Notes: generated from the letters alone by a model not told the origin. Shown: positions 9,336-19,392, counted from the stretch's first letter. The stretch is 64,000 nucleotides of DNA from Kiritimatiellia bacterium (GCA_036651955.1 JAVVWU010000001.1:24932-88931); one strand, 5' to 3'. Numbers and translations: made by a program.

Positions 9336-10640
9336 TTACGCCATCGCCTTTACGAGAGCATCTGCAAATTCCGAACATTTGACTTCGGTCGAGCCTTCCA
9401 TTAAACGGGCAAAGTCATACGTCACGACCTTCGCGGCAATGACCGTATCCATCGCGGCAATAATCTTATCCGCCGCCTCTGTCCATCCAATGTAACGCAA
9501 CATCATCTCGCCCGATAGAATCAGCGACCCCGGATTCACCTTGTCCATCCCTGCATATTTGGGCGCAGTACCATGCGTGGCTTCAAATACAGCAACGCCT
9601 GTCAACGTATTGATATTGGCTCCCGGTGCGATACCAATGCCACCGACACACGCCGCCAGCGCATCCGAAATATAATCGCCGTTCAAGTTCAACGTCGCAA
9701 TCACATCATATTCCGCTGGGCGTGTCAGAATCTGCTGCAAGAAGGCGTCGCAAATACAGTCTTTTACTACAATTTCACGCCCCGTCTTTGGATTCTTAAA
9801 CGAACACCAAGGACCGTTCCCCATCGGCTGCGCACCATACTCGCGTTGAACCAAGGCGTACCCCCAATCACGAAACGCCCCCTCAGTAAACTTCTGAATA
9901 TTCCCTTTATGAACAAACGTAACAGAGGCGCGATCTTCGGCAATGGCATACTGCACCGCCGCGCGAATCAACCGCTCACTGCCTTCCAACGACACTGGCT
10001 TAATCCCAATCGAACTCGTCTCAGGGAAACGAATCTTGCTCACACCCATTTCCTTCGTCAGAAAGTCAATGACCTTCTTCGCTTCGGGCGTTCCGCTCAT
10101 CCATTCAATACCCGCGTAAATATCCTCCGTGTTCTCACGAAAGATAACCATATCCGTCTGTTCAGGATGTAACACCGGCGATGGCACACCACGCACCCAC
10201 CGCACCGGACGCAAACAAACAAAAAGATCCAACTGTTGACGCAATGCCACGTTAATCGAGCGAATCCCGCCTCCGATAGGCGTCGTCAAAGGTCCTTTTA
10301 TCGAAACGAGACACTCCCTGCACACATCCACCGTTTCTTGAGGCAACCACACTGGCGAACCGTAGACCCGATTTGCTTTTTCGCCGGCATAAACTTCCGT
10401 CCACGCAATTTTCCGCCGATCTCCATATGCCGCCTTCACCGCCGCATTCCACACCTTCATCGCCGCCGCAGTAATATCAGGACCTGTTCCATCACCTTCA
10501 ATAAAAGGAATGATAGGACATTCTGGCACTTGCAAAGTCCCCTCTGCGCCCATTACAATTTTTTTGCCATTCGTTGCCATTTGAATCTTTTGATACGCCA
10601 TAGTCACAATCTCCACCGAGTTTCTCTTCAAAAAAGACAA
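9336..10640 (-). CDS. icd: NADP-dependent isocitrate dehydrogenase
   Basis: Motifs [35 protein letters not shown] and [10 protein letters not shown] are present. The true start may be the internal Met near 10601. Confidence 0.9.
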   Translation of the reverse strand: MSFLKRNSVEIVTMAYQKIQMATNGKKIVMGAEGTLQVPECPIIPFIEGDGTGPDITAAAMKVWNAAVKAAYGDRRKIAWTEVYAGEKANRVYGSPVWLPQETVDVCRECLVSIKGPLTTPIGGGIRSINVALRQQLDLFVCLRPVRWVRGVPSPVLHPEQTDMVIFRENTEDIYAGIEWMSGTPEAKKVIDFLTKEMGVSKIRFPETSSIGIKPVSLEGSERLIRAAVQYAIAEDRASVTFVHKGNIQKFTEGAFRDWGYALVQREYGAQPMGNGPWCSFKNPKTGREIVVKDCICDAFLQQILTRPAEYDVIATLNLNGDYISDALAACVGGIGIAPGANINTLTGVAVFEATHGTAPKYAGMDKVNPGSLILSGEMMLRYIGWTEAADKIIAAMDTVIAAKVVTYDFARLMEGSTEVKCSEFADALVKAMA

Positions 10641-10883
10641 ATATACCGTCCATCATTATACCAAAGCCTTCTACTTCGCGTATTACATCGCAATAGATTG
10701 CAATCGACCATTAAAACGCACGAACAAAAGAACGATGACACCTCTGTTATACAAGTCCGCTTAACGCTTAAATATTTCCTCTGACATTTGCATCACATTC
10801 CCGCCCTATTCATTACCTATAATAAGTCATACGATTTGCACGTGTCCGCGCGCCTCTCGAATAAAGAGTGCGGAATAAGCTAG

Positions 10884-10913
10884 TTGACGTGTATTCATCA
10901 CCTTTGATATAGT
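10884..10913 (+). promoter_or_regulatory. putative sigma70-type promoter for the tRNA-Gly/tRNA-Val pair
   Basis: TTGACG at 10884-10889 and TATAGT at 10908-10913 with a 16-18 nt spacer. The tRNA 5' end is at 10927. Confidence 0.4.
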
Positions 10914-10926
10914 TTTCACCACATCT

Positions 10927-11000
10927 GCGGGCGTAATTCAATGGCAGAATAGGAGCTTCCCAAGCTTCTTACGAGGGTTCGATTCCCTTCGCCCGCTCCA
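10927..11000 (+). tRNA. tRNA-Gly (anticodon CCC)
   Basis: Cloverleaf folded by hand: acceptor GCGGGCG/CGCCCGC, anticodon stem GGAGC/GCTTC with loop TTCCCAA, T-loop GGTTCGATTCC, encoded CCA. Confidence 0.85.
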
Positions 11001-11005
11001 GTTTC

Positions 11006-11082
11006 GGGCAATTAGCTCAGTTGGTTAGAGCACTACCTTCACACGGTAGGGGTCACTGGTCCGAGTCCAGTATTGCCCACCA
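11006..11082 (+). tRNA. tRNA-Val (anticodon CAC)
   Basis: Acceptor GGGCAAT/ATTGCCC, anticodon stem CTACC/GGTAG with loop TTCACAC, T-loop GGTCCGAGTCC, encoded CCA. Confidence 0.85.
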
Positions 11083-11169
11083 TTTTCAGCCATGCAATCG
11101 CATGGCTTTTTGTTTGATCTTCGCTCTATTCGATTGCACGGAGACAAAGACTATATTATAGTTAACGGT

Positions 11170-12684
11170 ATGAATCCTGAACTTGTTTTTTCAAATGTAA
11201 CCTTTGAATATCCGGGCGCAACGGAAGCGATGTTTGAAGCGCTTTCGCTCCGCTTTTCTCAAGGATGGACGGGGATTGTAGGTGCGAATGGCGGCGGAAA
11301 GACCACGCTCCTGCATCTTGCGGCGGGACTTCTAAAACCTGAAATTGGTACCGTTCGTTGCGTGGGGCATTGTGATTTATGTGGGCAAACGGATGATGAA
11401 CCGCCGGCGGCGGCAGAAGCCTTTTTCTCGTCCTACGACACAGAAGCGTATCGTGTACGGGAGGCGTTCGGTGTAGATGAGGAAATGCTCGAACGCTGGG
11501 ACACGTTATCATTCGGCGAACGGCGTCGGCTGACGTTGGCGGCAACCGTTTTTGAAGGTCCGGATATTCTCTGTCTGGATGAACCAACAAATCATTTGGA
11601 TCCGGAGGCACGCGATCGTTTAATCAAAGGATTGCGACTCTTTACAGGGATTGGGTTGGTCGTGAGCCACGATCGTGTGTTGCTGGATGCGTTGTGTACG
11701 CAATGTCTTTTCGTTGGAAATGGAACGGCGATTTTACGTCCGGGGCGTTACGATGTGGGACGGGCGCAAGCCGAACGTGAACAGACGCTTGCATTGGATA
11801 CGTTGACGCGCTCTCAAGACCTTCTGCGTAAGGCAAAAGGTGAATTGCAACGGCGGCGTGTAGCGTTGCAGAATGTGGAGGCGCAAGATACGAAGCGCGC
11901 CGTTTCAAAGAATGACCACGATGCGCGCAATTACATCAATTCCAAACGTAATACGGATAGTACCGGCGGATTCGCCGCGGCGGCAGGGGCGCAGGCTCGG
12001 CGTGTGTCACGATTGGCGAAAGATATTGCAACGATGGATCGTCCGGAAAGTCGAAAGCTCGGATTGGCATTTCCGCTTGCTTTTCGTGCCAAGAGTAATA
12101 CGTTGCTGACCGTTCCGGCGCAGCAGCTTTCTTTGGGCGGAGAACGGCAATTGACGTTGCCTGAAATTATTCTTTGTCCAGAGGACCGTATTGCTTTGAC
12201 GGGGCCGAATGGCGCAGGAAAAAGTTCGCTCTTGCGTCTCCTGTTGCCGAAGATTACGTTGCCTGCGGAGCAAGTCCTCTATTTACCACAGGCATTGGAT
12301 GCGAAGGCGCGGGCGGAAATGCGCGAAACGCTGGATCGACTGCCACGCGAAGCGTTTGCACACGTTATGAATGTCGTTGCGACGTTGGGGTCGGAGCCGG
12401 GACGCGTCTCGGCGGCGGCGGATTGGAGCCCGGGGGAGGCGCGAAAGCTTTTCCTCGGATTAGCAACATTACGCCCTGTAGCATTGATGATTCTTGACGA
12501 ACCGACGAACCATTTGGATTTGCCCGCCGTTGAAAATCTTGAAGAAGCCTTGAACGAAGCGGAATGCGCGTTGCTCGTGATTAGCCATGATGCGCCGTTC
12601 TTAAAGCGCGTGTGTCCGAAGCGGTGGGAACTTTCGCTCGAAGGCACGTTCCGTGCCGTTGATTATTCGTTTAACAATGAATAG
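11170..12684 (+). CDS. ABC-F family ATPase (two ABC domains, no TM domain)
   Basis: Two Walker A motifs (GANGGGKTT, GPNGAGKSS), two LDEPTNHLD Walker B motifs and two signature-like motifs. Start is more plausibly 11170 than 11092, which abuts the tRNA. Confidence 0.85.
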   Translation: MNPELVFSNVTFEYPGATEAMFEALSLRFSQGWTGIVGANGGGKTTLLHLAAGLLKPEIGTVRCVGHCDLCGQTDDEPPAAAEAFFSSYDTEAYRVREAFGVDEEMLERWDTLSFGERRRLTLAATVFEGPDILCLDEPTNHLDPEARDRLIKGLRLFTGIGLVVSHDRVLLDALCTQCLFVGNGTAILRPGRYDVGRAQAEREQTLALDTLTRSQDLLRKAKGELQRRRVALQNVEAQDTKRAVSKNDHDARNYINSKRNTDSTGGFAAAAGAQARRVSRLAKDIATMDRPESRKLGLAFPLAFRAKSNTLLTVPAQQLSLGGERQLTLPEIILCPEDRIALTGPNGAGKSSLLRLLLPKITLPAEQVLYLPQALDAKARAEMRETLDRLPREAFAHVMNVVATLGSEPGRVSAAADWSPGEARKLFLGLATLRPVALMILDEPTNHLDLPAVENLEEALNEAECALLVISHDAPFLKRVCPKRWELSLEGTFRAVDYSFNNE

Positions 12685-12698
12685 ACGGGAGTTCGTTC

Positions 12699-12995
12699 AT
12701 GCTTGAATTGATTGATCGATTGCCGCAACAAATGTTAGAGACGTTGGGATCGATCGCGGGCGTTTTCGCCTGTGCGGCAATTCTCTTCCAAATCATTCGC
12801 GAATTACGTTCGCAAGAACGTTCGACCCTTTCTCTGGGGTATACCATCAGCTGGTGGATTGTCTTTCTCTTTTGGTTTTTCTACGGTGTACGATTTCGTG
12901 CGGTGGCGTTGTGGGGAAGCAACGCCGGTGGACTGATATTGCAGTCTGTACTGATTCTTGTAACACTTTGGAAAGGACGGAAATCGCATGACTGA
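12699..12995 (+). CDS. small three-TM membrane protein (PQ-loop/SemiSWEET-like or lipid-A-biosynthesis N-terminal-domain-like)
   Basis: 98 aa with three hydrophobic helices and a PQQ motif before TM1. Tightly packed between the ABC-F and acetyltransferase genes. Confidence 0.45.
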   Translation: MLELIDRLPQQMLETLGSIAGVFACAAILFQIIRELRSQERSTLSLGYTISWWIVFLFWFFYGVRFRAVALWGSNAGGLILQSVLILVTLWKGRKSHD

Positions 12996-13569
12996 AAAAG
13001 AAAAAATGTTAGCTGGCGAACTTTACGATGGGCACGATCCGGAATTGCTCAATCGTTATTGGATCGCCCGCAAACTCCTTCAGCGGCTCAATGGTCCCGA
13101 TGTGATTGATCCCGACGCGCGCGTAATAACGTTGCGAGAACTGCTAGGTCAGGCAGGCGAACGCTGTTGGATTGACGCGCCATTCCATTGCGATTACGGC
13201 GACAATATTTATATTGGCAAAGATGTGTATATCGGATACGACTGTATTTTCCAGGATGACAATCGCATTACGATTGGCGATGATTGTCTCATTGGTGCTG
13301 GAACGATTCTCTCTACCTCCGAACATCCGATTGTCCGTGCGCAACGGCTCCTTCCCGATACTACCACGGGAGGTACGCGTTACACGACGCGTACACGTCC
13401 CGTCTCGATTGGCAACGGCTGTTGGCTGGGCGCAGGCGTACGCGTTTTGCCTGGTGTTACCATTGGTGAAGGATGCGTTGTTGGCGCAGGCTCCGTCGTA
13501 AACCGAGACCTGCCGCCCAACACGGTTTGCGCGGGTGTTCCCTGCCGTGTGTTGCGAGCGATTGAGTAA
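12988..13569 (+). CDS. maltose/galactoside O-acetyltransferase family (Maa/LacA, hexapeptide repeat)
   Basis: Mac-type N-terminus MTEKEKMLAGELYDGHDPELL followed by left-handed beta-helix hexapeptide repeats. Confidence 0.85.
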   Translation: MTEKEKMLAGELYDGHDPELLNRYWIARKLLQRLNGPDVIDPDARVITLRELLGQAGERCWIDAPFHCDYGDNIYIGKDVYIGYDCIFQDDNRITIGDDCLIGAGTILSTSEHPIVRAQRLLPDTTTGGTRYTTRTRPVSIGNGCWLGAGVRVLPGVTIGEGCVVGAGSVVNRDLPPNTVCAGVPCRVLRAIE

Positions 13570-13596
13570 GCCCAGCCTCGTCCCCGATACCGCAGT

Positions 13597-13629
13597 GCGC
13601 GCACGTCTTTTGCACGTGCGCTTTTATTT
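13597..13629 (+). terminator. Rho-independent terminator
   Basis: gcgcacg ... cgtgcgc stem followed by ttttattt, just after the acetyltransferase stop. Confidence 0.5.
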
Positions 13630-13661
13630 CAAAAGGGCGCCATTATGCTATCTTATGAATA

Positions 13662-14528
13662 TTGAAAGGTCTTAAGTCAATGAATTCATATGCTTCACCT
13701 GTCATGTTTCTTCCTAAAGCGTTTCTCGTTCTCTTCCTTATCGGTGCCGCATTCGCGTCACTCCCTGCGCAACTGCTTCCACGCACGCAAGCGAAGGCGC
13801 CCACTGAACTACCGGCATCATTAAAGCCCGAAGCGCAACAACGAGATTCTTATATTTGGGCAGATCGTCATGCAGCGGTATTAGAACGCAACAAAACAGT
13901 CAAGCCGGAAGTCGTTTTCTTTGGCGATAGTATCACCCATTTTTGGGGCGGAGAACCCAACGCGCAGAAATACAATATTGGCGCCGATTCATGGGATAAA
14001 CTCTTTAAGGGACACACCGTCACCAATCTCGGCTTTGGCTTCGACTATGTCGATAACGCCTATTTCCGCGTACAGAATGGCGAACTTGAGGGGATTTCCC
14101 CGAAGATTATTATCGTCTGTATCGGAACCAACAATCTCGGGCACCGTAAAGACTCCGCGCAAGATTGCGCCGCAAACACGCGTGCCTTTGTCCAACTCCT
14201 TCGCACCACGGCGCCGCAATCAAAAATCCTCCTGTTGGGAATCTACCCACGCCGTGAAGCGGAATTGGCAGAACCGATTCGTGAGAACAATCAGTTGATT
14301 GCAAAATTAGCCGATAATAAACATATCTTTTTTGCCGATGTCGGGCGTGTCCTATTGAGTGCCGATAAAAAGCTGGCGAATCCCAAGTTGATGCGCGACA
14401 CCGTTCATCCCAATGCCGAAGGTTACCGTTGCTTAGCGGCAGAGATTGCAAAGAAGTTAGCGGCACTCCATCCGCAGTTCCGCAAAGGCGCCCTTACGCC
14501 ACTGTCGCAGAAGCGAATGACGAAGTAA
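13662..14528 (+). CDS. secreted SGNH/GDSL-family hydrolase (esterase/acetylesterase-like)
   Basis: Signal peptide, a VVFFGDSITHFWGG serine block and GTNNLG. Start may be the internal Met at 13680. Confidence 0.75.
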   Translation: MKGLKSMNSYASPVMFLPKAFLVLFLIGAAFASLPAQLLPRTQAKAPTELPASLKPEAQQRDSYIWADRHAAVLERNKTVKPEVVFFGDSITHFWGGEPNAQKYNIGADSWDKLFKGHTVTNLGFGFDYVDNAYFRVQNGELEGISPKIIIVCIGTNNLGHRKDSAQDCAANTRAFVQLLRTTAPQSKILLLGIYPRREAELAEPIRENNQLIAKLADNKHIFFADVGRVLLSADKKLANPKLMRDTVHPNAEGYRCLAAEIAKKLAALHPQFRKGALTPLSQKRMTK

Positions 14529-14551
14529 TTCAACTGCCACCATTCTTATCT

Positions 14552-14590
14552 AAAAAAAGAGAAGGACTCTGAGAGTCCTTCTCTTTTTTT
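14552..14590. terminator. bidirectional Rho-independent terminator between convergent genes
   Basis: aaaaaaagagaaggactctgagagtccttctcttttttt: a perfect 12-bp stem with A-run and T-run flanks. Serves the GDSL gene (+) and the EF-G gene (-). Confidence 0.85.
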
Positions 14591-14604
14591 AGATAAGCGC
14601 AACC

Positions 14605-16713
14605 TTATTCGTCGTTGGCTTCAGAGTAACCGCGCACCTTGCCGTCTTTACGACGCTTGGTGACGATCTCATCCTGAAGGGTCTTAGGAACGGCTTCGTA
14701 ATGGTCAAATACCATCGTGAAGGAACCACGTCCCTGCGTGAGCGTACGAATGGAGTTGGAATAACCGAACATTTCACCAAGCGGAACAAAGGCGTGGACG
14801 AGACGGGCACCGCCGCGTTCTTCCATACCTTCGATGCGACCACGACGCTGTGACAGTGAACCGGTCGCGGCACCCATGTAATCTTCGGGAACAACAACTT
14901 CGACCTTCATGATCGGCTCAAGAAGCTGTGGCTGGCTCTTCAGGAAGATTTCCTTGAAGCACTGACGCGCAGCGGTCGAGAACGCAAATTCAGAAGAGTC
15001 AACGTCATGGTAGCTACCATCATAGAGCGTTGCAATCAACGGCAACACAGGATAACCAGCCAAAGGACCGGATTCCATTGCGGCACGCGTTCCCTTTTCA
15101 ACAGCAGGAATATACTCGCCGGGGATGTTACCGCCCTTAACCGCATTGATAAATTCAAATTCTTTACCTTGTTCCTGCGGTGCAAGCTTCATGCACACAT
15201 GGCCATACTGACCACGACCACCGGACTGCTTTTTGTGCTTGTATTCGCCATCACCAAGCGTCGCAATCGATTCACGGTAAGCGACTTCGGGCCGACCCAC
15301 TTCGCACGCCACGCCAAACTCGCGTTTCAGACGATCCACGATGATTTCAAGGTGAAGTTCACCCATACCGGAAATAATCGTTTCAGAGGTTTCTTGGTCA
15401 AACGAAACGGTGAACGTCGGATCTTCCTGTGCGAGCGTATGCAACGCCACGCCCAACTTCTCGTTGTCGCCACGTGACAAAGGCTTTACCGCGATCGAAA
15501 TAACAGGTGCGGGGAAGTCAATCGATTCAAGCTGAATCGGATTCGTCGGATCACACAGCGTATCGCCCGTACGAGTCAAAGGAAGACCAATGACCGCGAC
15601 GATATCGCCGGCATAAGCTTCTTCCAACTTTTCCTGATGATTCGCGTGCATACGGAAGAGGCGGGAAATACGCGCCGTTTTATTGATCGATGTATCGAGA
15701 ATTTCCGATCCTGCCACAAGCGTACCGGAATAAACACGGGTGAAAATAATCTTACCCATATTCTTATCGGACATAATCTTGAATGCCAACGCGCTAAGCG
15801 GTGCATTATCTTCGGCAGGACGCGTGATGGTCGGATCCGATTCATCTGTCACTGGAGGAATATCCTTCGGGCTTGGCAGATAATGAACCACCGCATCCAA
15901 AAGCACCTGAATGCCTTTATTCTTAAACGCCGTACCGCAGAAAGCAGGCATAATCGTACGAGCAATGACACCCTTACGCAAACCCTTGATGATCTCTTCC
16001 TTGGTGAGCGTACCTTCTTCAAAGTACTTGTTCATGAGCGCCTCGTCCTGTTCGGCGGCGGCTTCAATCATCTCATGACGCATTTCTTCGCACTGATCTT
16101 TAAGATCTGCAGGGATTTCAGAATAAATCTGCTTCAGTCCTTGTGTTTCCTTATCATAGGTCACCAGGCGATTCTCGAGAAGATCCACGACACCTTCAAA
16201 CGTTTCACCTGCACCCAAAGGGCACTCCATAGGAACAGGGCGCGCCTTGAGCTGATCGCGAACCTGCTTCATGACGGCGAAGAAATTGGCACCGACACGG
16301 TCCATCTTGTTCACGAAAATCAACTTTGGCACTTTGTACTTTTCGGACTGACGCCAAACCTGCTCGGACTGAGGCTGTACGCCACCGACTGCACAGAAAA
16401 CTGCAACCGCACCGTCCAGCACGCGTAAAGAACGTTCAACTTCCGCCGTGAAGTCCACGTGCCCGGGAGTATCAATCAGAGAAATCATGTAGTTTCCCCA
16501 CATGACCGCCGTTGCAGCAGAAGTGATCGTGATACCACGTTCCTGTTCCTGCACCATCCAGTCCATGGTGGCACCGCCATCATGCACTTCACCAATCTTA
16601 TGGTTCTTGCCTGAATAAAAAAGGATACGTTCCGACGTCGTTGTCTTGCCGGCGTCAATGTGGGCCATAATACCGATATTACGGATGTGGTCCAAGGGAA
16701 TCTTGCGTGCCAT
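14605..16713 (-). CDS. fusA: elongation factor G paralog (EF-G2-like, stand-alone, not in a str operon)
   Basis: GTPase motifs [17 protein letters not shown] and NKMD plus EF-G domains II-V. Start MARKIPLD at 16713. Confidence 0.9.
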   Translation of the reverse strand: MARKIPLDHIRNIGIMAHIDAGKTTTSERILFYSGKNHKIGEVHDGGATMDWMVQEQERGITITSAATAVMWGNYMISLIDTPGHVDFTAEVERSLRVLDGAVAVFCAVGGVQPQSEQVWRQSEKYKVPKLIFVNKMDRVGANFFAVMKQVRDQLKARPVPMECPLGAGETFEGVVDLLENRLVTYDKETQGLKQIYSEIPADLKDQCEEMRHEMIEAAAEQDEALMNKYFEEGTLTKEEIIKGLRKGVIARTIMPAFCGTAFKNKGIQVLLDAVVHYLPSPKDIPPVTDESDPTITRPAEDNAPLSALAFKIMSDKNMGKIIFTRVYSGTLVAGSEILDTSINKTARISRLFRMHANHQEKLEEAYAGDIVAVIGLPLTRTGDTLCDPTNPIQLESIDFPAPVISIAVKPLSRGDNEKLGVALHTLAQEDPTFTVSFDQETSETIISGMGELHLEIIVDRLKREFGVACEVGRPEVAYRESIATLGDGEYKHKKQSGGRGQYGHVCMKLAPQEQGKEFEFINAVKGGNIPGEYIPAVEKGTRAAMESGPLAGYPVLPLIATLYDGSYHDVDSSEFAFSTAARQCFKEIFLKSQPQLLEPIMKVEVVVPEDYMGAATGSLSQRRGRIEGMEERGGARLVHAFVPLGEMFGYSNSIRTLTQGRGSFTMVFDHYEAVPKTLQDEIVTKRRKDGKVRGYSEANDE

Positions 16714-17088
16714 AACTGTACTCCTTAAAAGGTCTTTGCTCGAAAAGTTCATTTACTCTATCAAATCTCAACCCTTATGCGCAACTGCGAAAAGATTTCG
16801 AGACAAAATGCGCCATTCCGCCTCCCTCCTCCCTACTCTTCTCGAACAACTTACGGATCCGCATTGCGTTGACGGGTGCACTTTGTTAATTTAGCACCAC
16901 GTCATGGGAGAGCCATGACAAATAATTGCATTTGCAAACACAGTTGCTCTGACTGAAATCCGCTAAATTTCAAAACCCAAGCAACGTGTAAAGCAGGTGC
17001 GCCATTTCGGCGCGCCCTCTTTTCACGTATTCGGGTAAGGGTCTTAGCGGAACCTCAGTCAGAACACGTCAAAAGAAGGCGCGTTTTT

Positions 17089-18702
17089 ATGTCTGAGAAC
17101 TCAAAGCCGACAACTGCTACCGTTGTCAAAAACTTCTCCCTTAAACTTCTCCCTTGGCTTTCCTTTGCTCTTTTCCTGACTGCCATTTATGTCTTAAATG
17201 TTTGTTTTTACTTTTCTTCAGATGATTGTATCTATGGACTTACAAACACGCCAACCGTTTCAGGCGTTCGCGTACCGCTTAATTCGCTCAATCATGTTTG
17301 GATTGCCAACTGGGAAGACGGTTATCGCCCTATTGTACATTTCTTCGTCCGCCTCTTTACTGGAGTTCTCGAAAAAAGCGCCTTTAATATTACTAATACA
17401 ATGGTCGTTGGTCTGCTCTTTCTGCTTATACATCGGTTGGCACTTGGAACGTGGCGACTTTCATTTCAAAAGCTGATTCTCCTCCTTACGCTGGGCGTTC
17501 TTATTCTTTTTAAGGGAGAAAGTTATTTGTGGGCTTCAGGAAGTCTTAATTATCTATGGGCAGGAACATGGACGCTCCTTTTTGTCCTTATGCGCGAACA
17601 GTTAGAGCGTACTCCCGCGTTCCGCTTGACACTCTTACCTATGATGATTGCAGCCATCCTTTTCGGATGGGCTCAGGAATCTTTTTCTGTTCCGATTTGC
17701 TTTGCGTTAGCGCTTTATTCTCTTTTTCATCTCAAAAAGCTTTCTTGCTCTAAAATTCTCCTCTTTGGATGTTATGGAATTGGCACCTTTTTACTCTGTA
17801 TCATCGCGAGTTGGCGAACAGAGACAATTGCACCGCCGTCTCTCACAAACTTCATCGCGACACAAATTAAAATAGGATGGGCAATTAAAGGCGTTTGGAT
17901 CGTTGCGCTCCTTTTTCTTATTACGAAAGGAAAACGCGTATTCCTTCAACAAAACGCATTTGAACTTCTTGTCATTCTCGGTAGCCTCTTACTCATTTCT
18001 GCGGTCGGATTCAATGGAGAACGCTGCTTGTGGTGTGCCAATCTTTTCGCCCTTATAATCGTAATGCGCGAAATAAAGCAAATGCGTTGGATGACGCTTT
18101 CCGCAACAATCGTACTCCCCGTATTACTGACAGTACTAATTCTATTCGGATTAAAAATCCGTCGTAACTTTGATACGTTTCTCTCTCAATTTCTTGCGTC
18201 ATCAGATAATGTCTGCTGCCACGAGCGTGTCCTCACAGGCATTTTCTCTCGTTTTTTTCATCAGGCAATTTATACTTGGCAGCCTTCCGAAGGACACGGA
18301 CGCGGGTTCGCCGAATATCATGGACGAAAGGAAGCGCCTATTGCTTTGTCACGTGAACTTTATGAAAACCTTTACCTTAAAGATAGTTTTTGTATCGCGG
18401 AGAATCAGGTAAAGACCGCTGAAAAGATTTACACCACGCCTACAGCAAATGCATTTGTAATGCCTCTTTTGCCCAACGATACGCGCGATTGGAATCAATT
18501 CAAAGTCACAATTACGTACAATCCACCTAAAAATATTCGGACGTGGCTTGCACATGAACGTGCCATTCGCCAAAATCCAACTGTTTCAAATCAACAAACT
18601 CCCGTTGTTCTCACCACTTCGCATGGACGTTATTTACTTATCGTAAAAGACGTCGGATATGCGCCCTATCTCAACTCCATTCGCTTTGATCCGTTACGGT
18701 AA
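17089..18702 (+). CDS. polytopic membrane protein of unknown function (possible GT-C/O-antigen-polymerase-like), AT-rich
   Basis: 537 aa with more than 10 predicted TM helices and visibly lower GC than its neighbours. No recognisable catalytic motif. Confidence 0.55.
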   Translation: MSENSKPTTATVVKNFSLKLLPWLSFALFLTAIYVLNVCFYFSSDDCIYGLTNTPTVSGVRVPLNSLNHVWIANWEDGYRPIVHFFVRLFTGVLEKSAFNITNTMVVGLLFLLIHRLALGTWRLSFQKLILLLTLGVLILFKGESYLWASGSLNYLWAGTWTLLFVLMREQLERTPAFRLTLLPMMIAAILFGWAQESFSVPICFALALYSLFHLKKLSCSKILLFGCYGIGTFLLCIIASWRTETIAPPSLTNFIATQIKIGWAIKGVWIVALLFLITKGKRVFLQQNAFELLVILGSLLLISAVGFNGERCLWCANLFALIIVMREIKQMRWMTLSATIVLPVLLTVLILFGLKIRRNFDTFLSQFLASSDNVCCHERVLTGIFSRFFHQAIYTWQPSEGHGRGFAEYHGRKEAPIALSRELYENLYLKDSFCIAENQVKTAEKIYTTPTANAFVMPLLPNDTRDWNQFKVTITYNPPKNIRTWLAHERAIRQNPTVSNQQTPVVLTTSHGRYLLIVKDVGYAPYLNSIRFDPLR

Positions 18703-18726
18703 TTCTTAACGCTTTATTTTATCTCG

Positions 18727-18756
18727 AGCGGCTCACGTTGTAATAAGCGTGAGCCG
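18727..18756 (+). terminator. Rho-independent terminator
   Basis: gcggctcacg ... cgtgagccgc: a 10-bp stem followed by ttta. Confidence 0.55.
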
Positions 18757-18793
18757 CTTTATGTATAAAGAGAAGAAGTACTGCTTTATAAAG

Positions 18794-18822
18794 AAAAAAG
18801 CTGAACGGCAGAACCGTTCAGC
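18794..18822 (-). terminator. Rho-independent terminator for the minus-strand tRNA pair
   Basis: agctgaacgg ... ccgttcagct hairpin with an A6 run on the + strand (T-run on the minus strand) immediately 3' of tRNA-Lys. Confidence 0.6.
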
Positions 18823-18832
18823 TTATCCAAAA

Positions 18833-18908
18833 TGGTAGGGGTGCACGGGCTTGAACCGTGGACCCAGTGATTAAGAGTCACTTGCTCTACCAACTGAGCT
18901 ACACCCCC
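18833..18908 (-). tRNA. tRNA-Lys (anticodon CTT)
   Basis: Reverse complement folds: acceptor GGGGGTG, anticodon stem AGTGA/TCACT with loop CTCTTAA, T-loop GGTTCAAGCCC, CCA. Confidence 0.85.
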
Positions 18909-18918
18909 ATAAGGAGGA

Positions 18919-18994
18919 TGGAGCGAACTAAGGGACTCGAACCCTCAACCTCCACCTTGGCAAGGTGGAGCTCTACCAATTGAGCTAAGTTCGC
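18919..18994 (-). tRNA. tRNA-Gly (anticodon GCC)
   Basis: Reverse complement folds: acceptor GCGAACT, anticodon stem CCACC/GGTGG with loop TTGCCAA, T-loop GGTTCGAGTCC, CCA. Confidence 0.85.
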
Positions 18995-19010
18995 ACAAAA
19001 GACAGGTGAA

Positions 19011-19039
19011 ATATAACACATCCTTTACGTTTTTTGCAA
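19011..19039 (-). promoter_or_regulatory. putative promoter for the minus-strand tRNA-Gly/tRNA-Lys operon
   Basis: On the minus strand: TTGCAA (-35, 19034-19039), a 17-nt spacer and TTATAT (-10, 19011-19016). The tRNA 5' end is at 18994. Confidence 0.4.
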
Positions 19040-19155
19040 CACTTTTTTTACGTCTTTGAGCGCGCCACTCGCACTCTTCTGTAGAACTCTCACCTAAAGG
19101 CAAAAAGACGTATGCGCTATGCCTCCGATGTATGACACCGCAGTGAAGCAAGAGC

Positions 19156-19214
19156 CGTACCTCACTGACCCTGACCTCGTACCTCAGTGAGGTAGAGGGG
19201 CAGACTCAGTGAGG
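19156..19214. repeat. partial, inverted copy of the multi-hairpin intergenic repeat (hairpin-cluster portion only)
   Basis: A 41-nt exact match to the reverse complement of 56459-56499, then a diverged hairpin arm in which ctcagtgagg replaces ctcactgagg. Confidence 0.6.
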
Positions 19215-19392
19215 TTCACCTTTATCTCGTATAGCTTTATAGAGGTCATCTATTTGCTTCTCGCTTAAAAGGGCTTGTTCAGAAAGTACTGTCAGGAATC
19301 ACTCGCCGTATCGCGATACGGTGATCTGCCTTCCCTCTTTGTCATCGCACCACGCACGGAGGCAAAGACACGCAGAAGGAAAAGAATATGTT

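Noticed and set aside
11092-11169. Longer N-terminal extension of the ABC-F ORF starting at 11092
   Set aside because: That start would be only about 10 nt after the 3' end of tRNA-Val, with no room for an RBS. The internal Met at 11170 gives a canonical ABC-F N-terminus.
15637-16428. 263-aa + strand ORF inside the EF-G region
   Set aside because: It is antisense to the strongly supported EF-G gene, with no motifs and a biased composition typical of shadow frames.
16895-17088. Possible small RNA or terminator-like hairpin (ggtgcgcc..ggcgcgcc + ctctttt) between divergent EF-G and membrane-protein genes
   Set aside because: The stem is short and imperfect, and both flanking genes diverge from here, so a terminator makes no sense. 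It may be a leader element, but the evidence is too thin to call.
19215-19392. FMN riboswitch upstream of the lipoprotein/ribD unit
   Set aside because: There are only weak partial resemblances (for example aggggcag...gtgagg) and none of the conserved RFN core blocks. It is more likely part of the dispersed hairpin repeat. An Infernal scan is needed for certainty.
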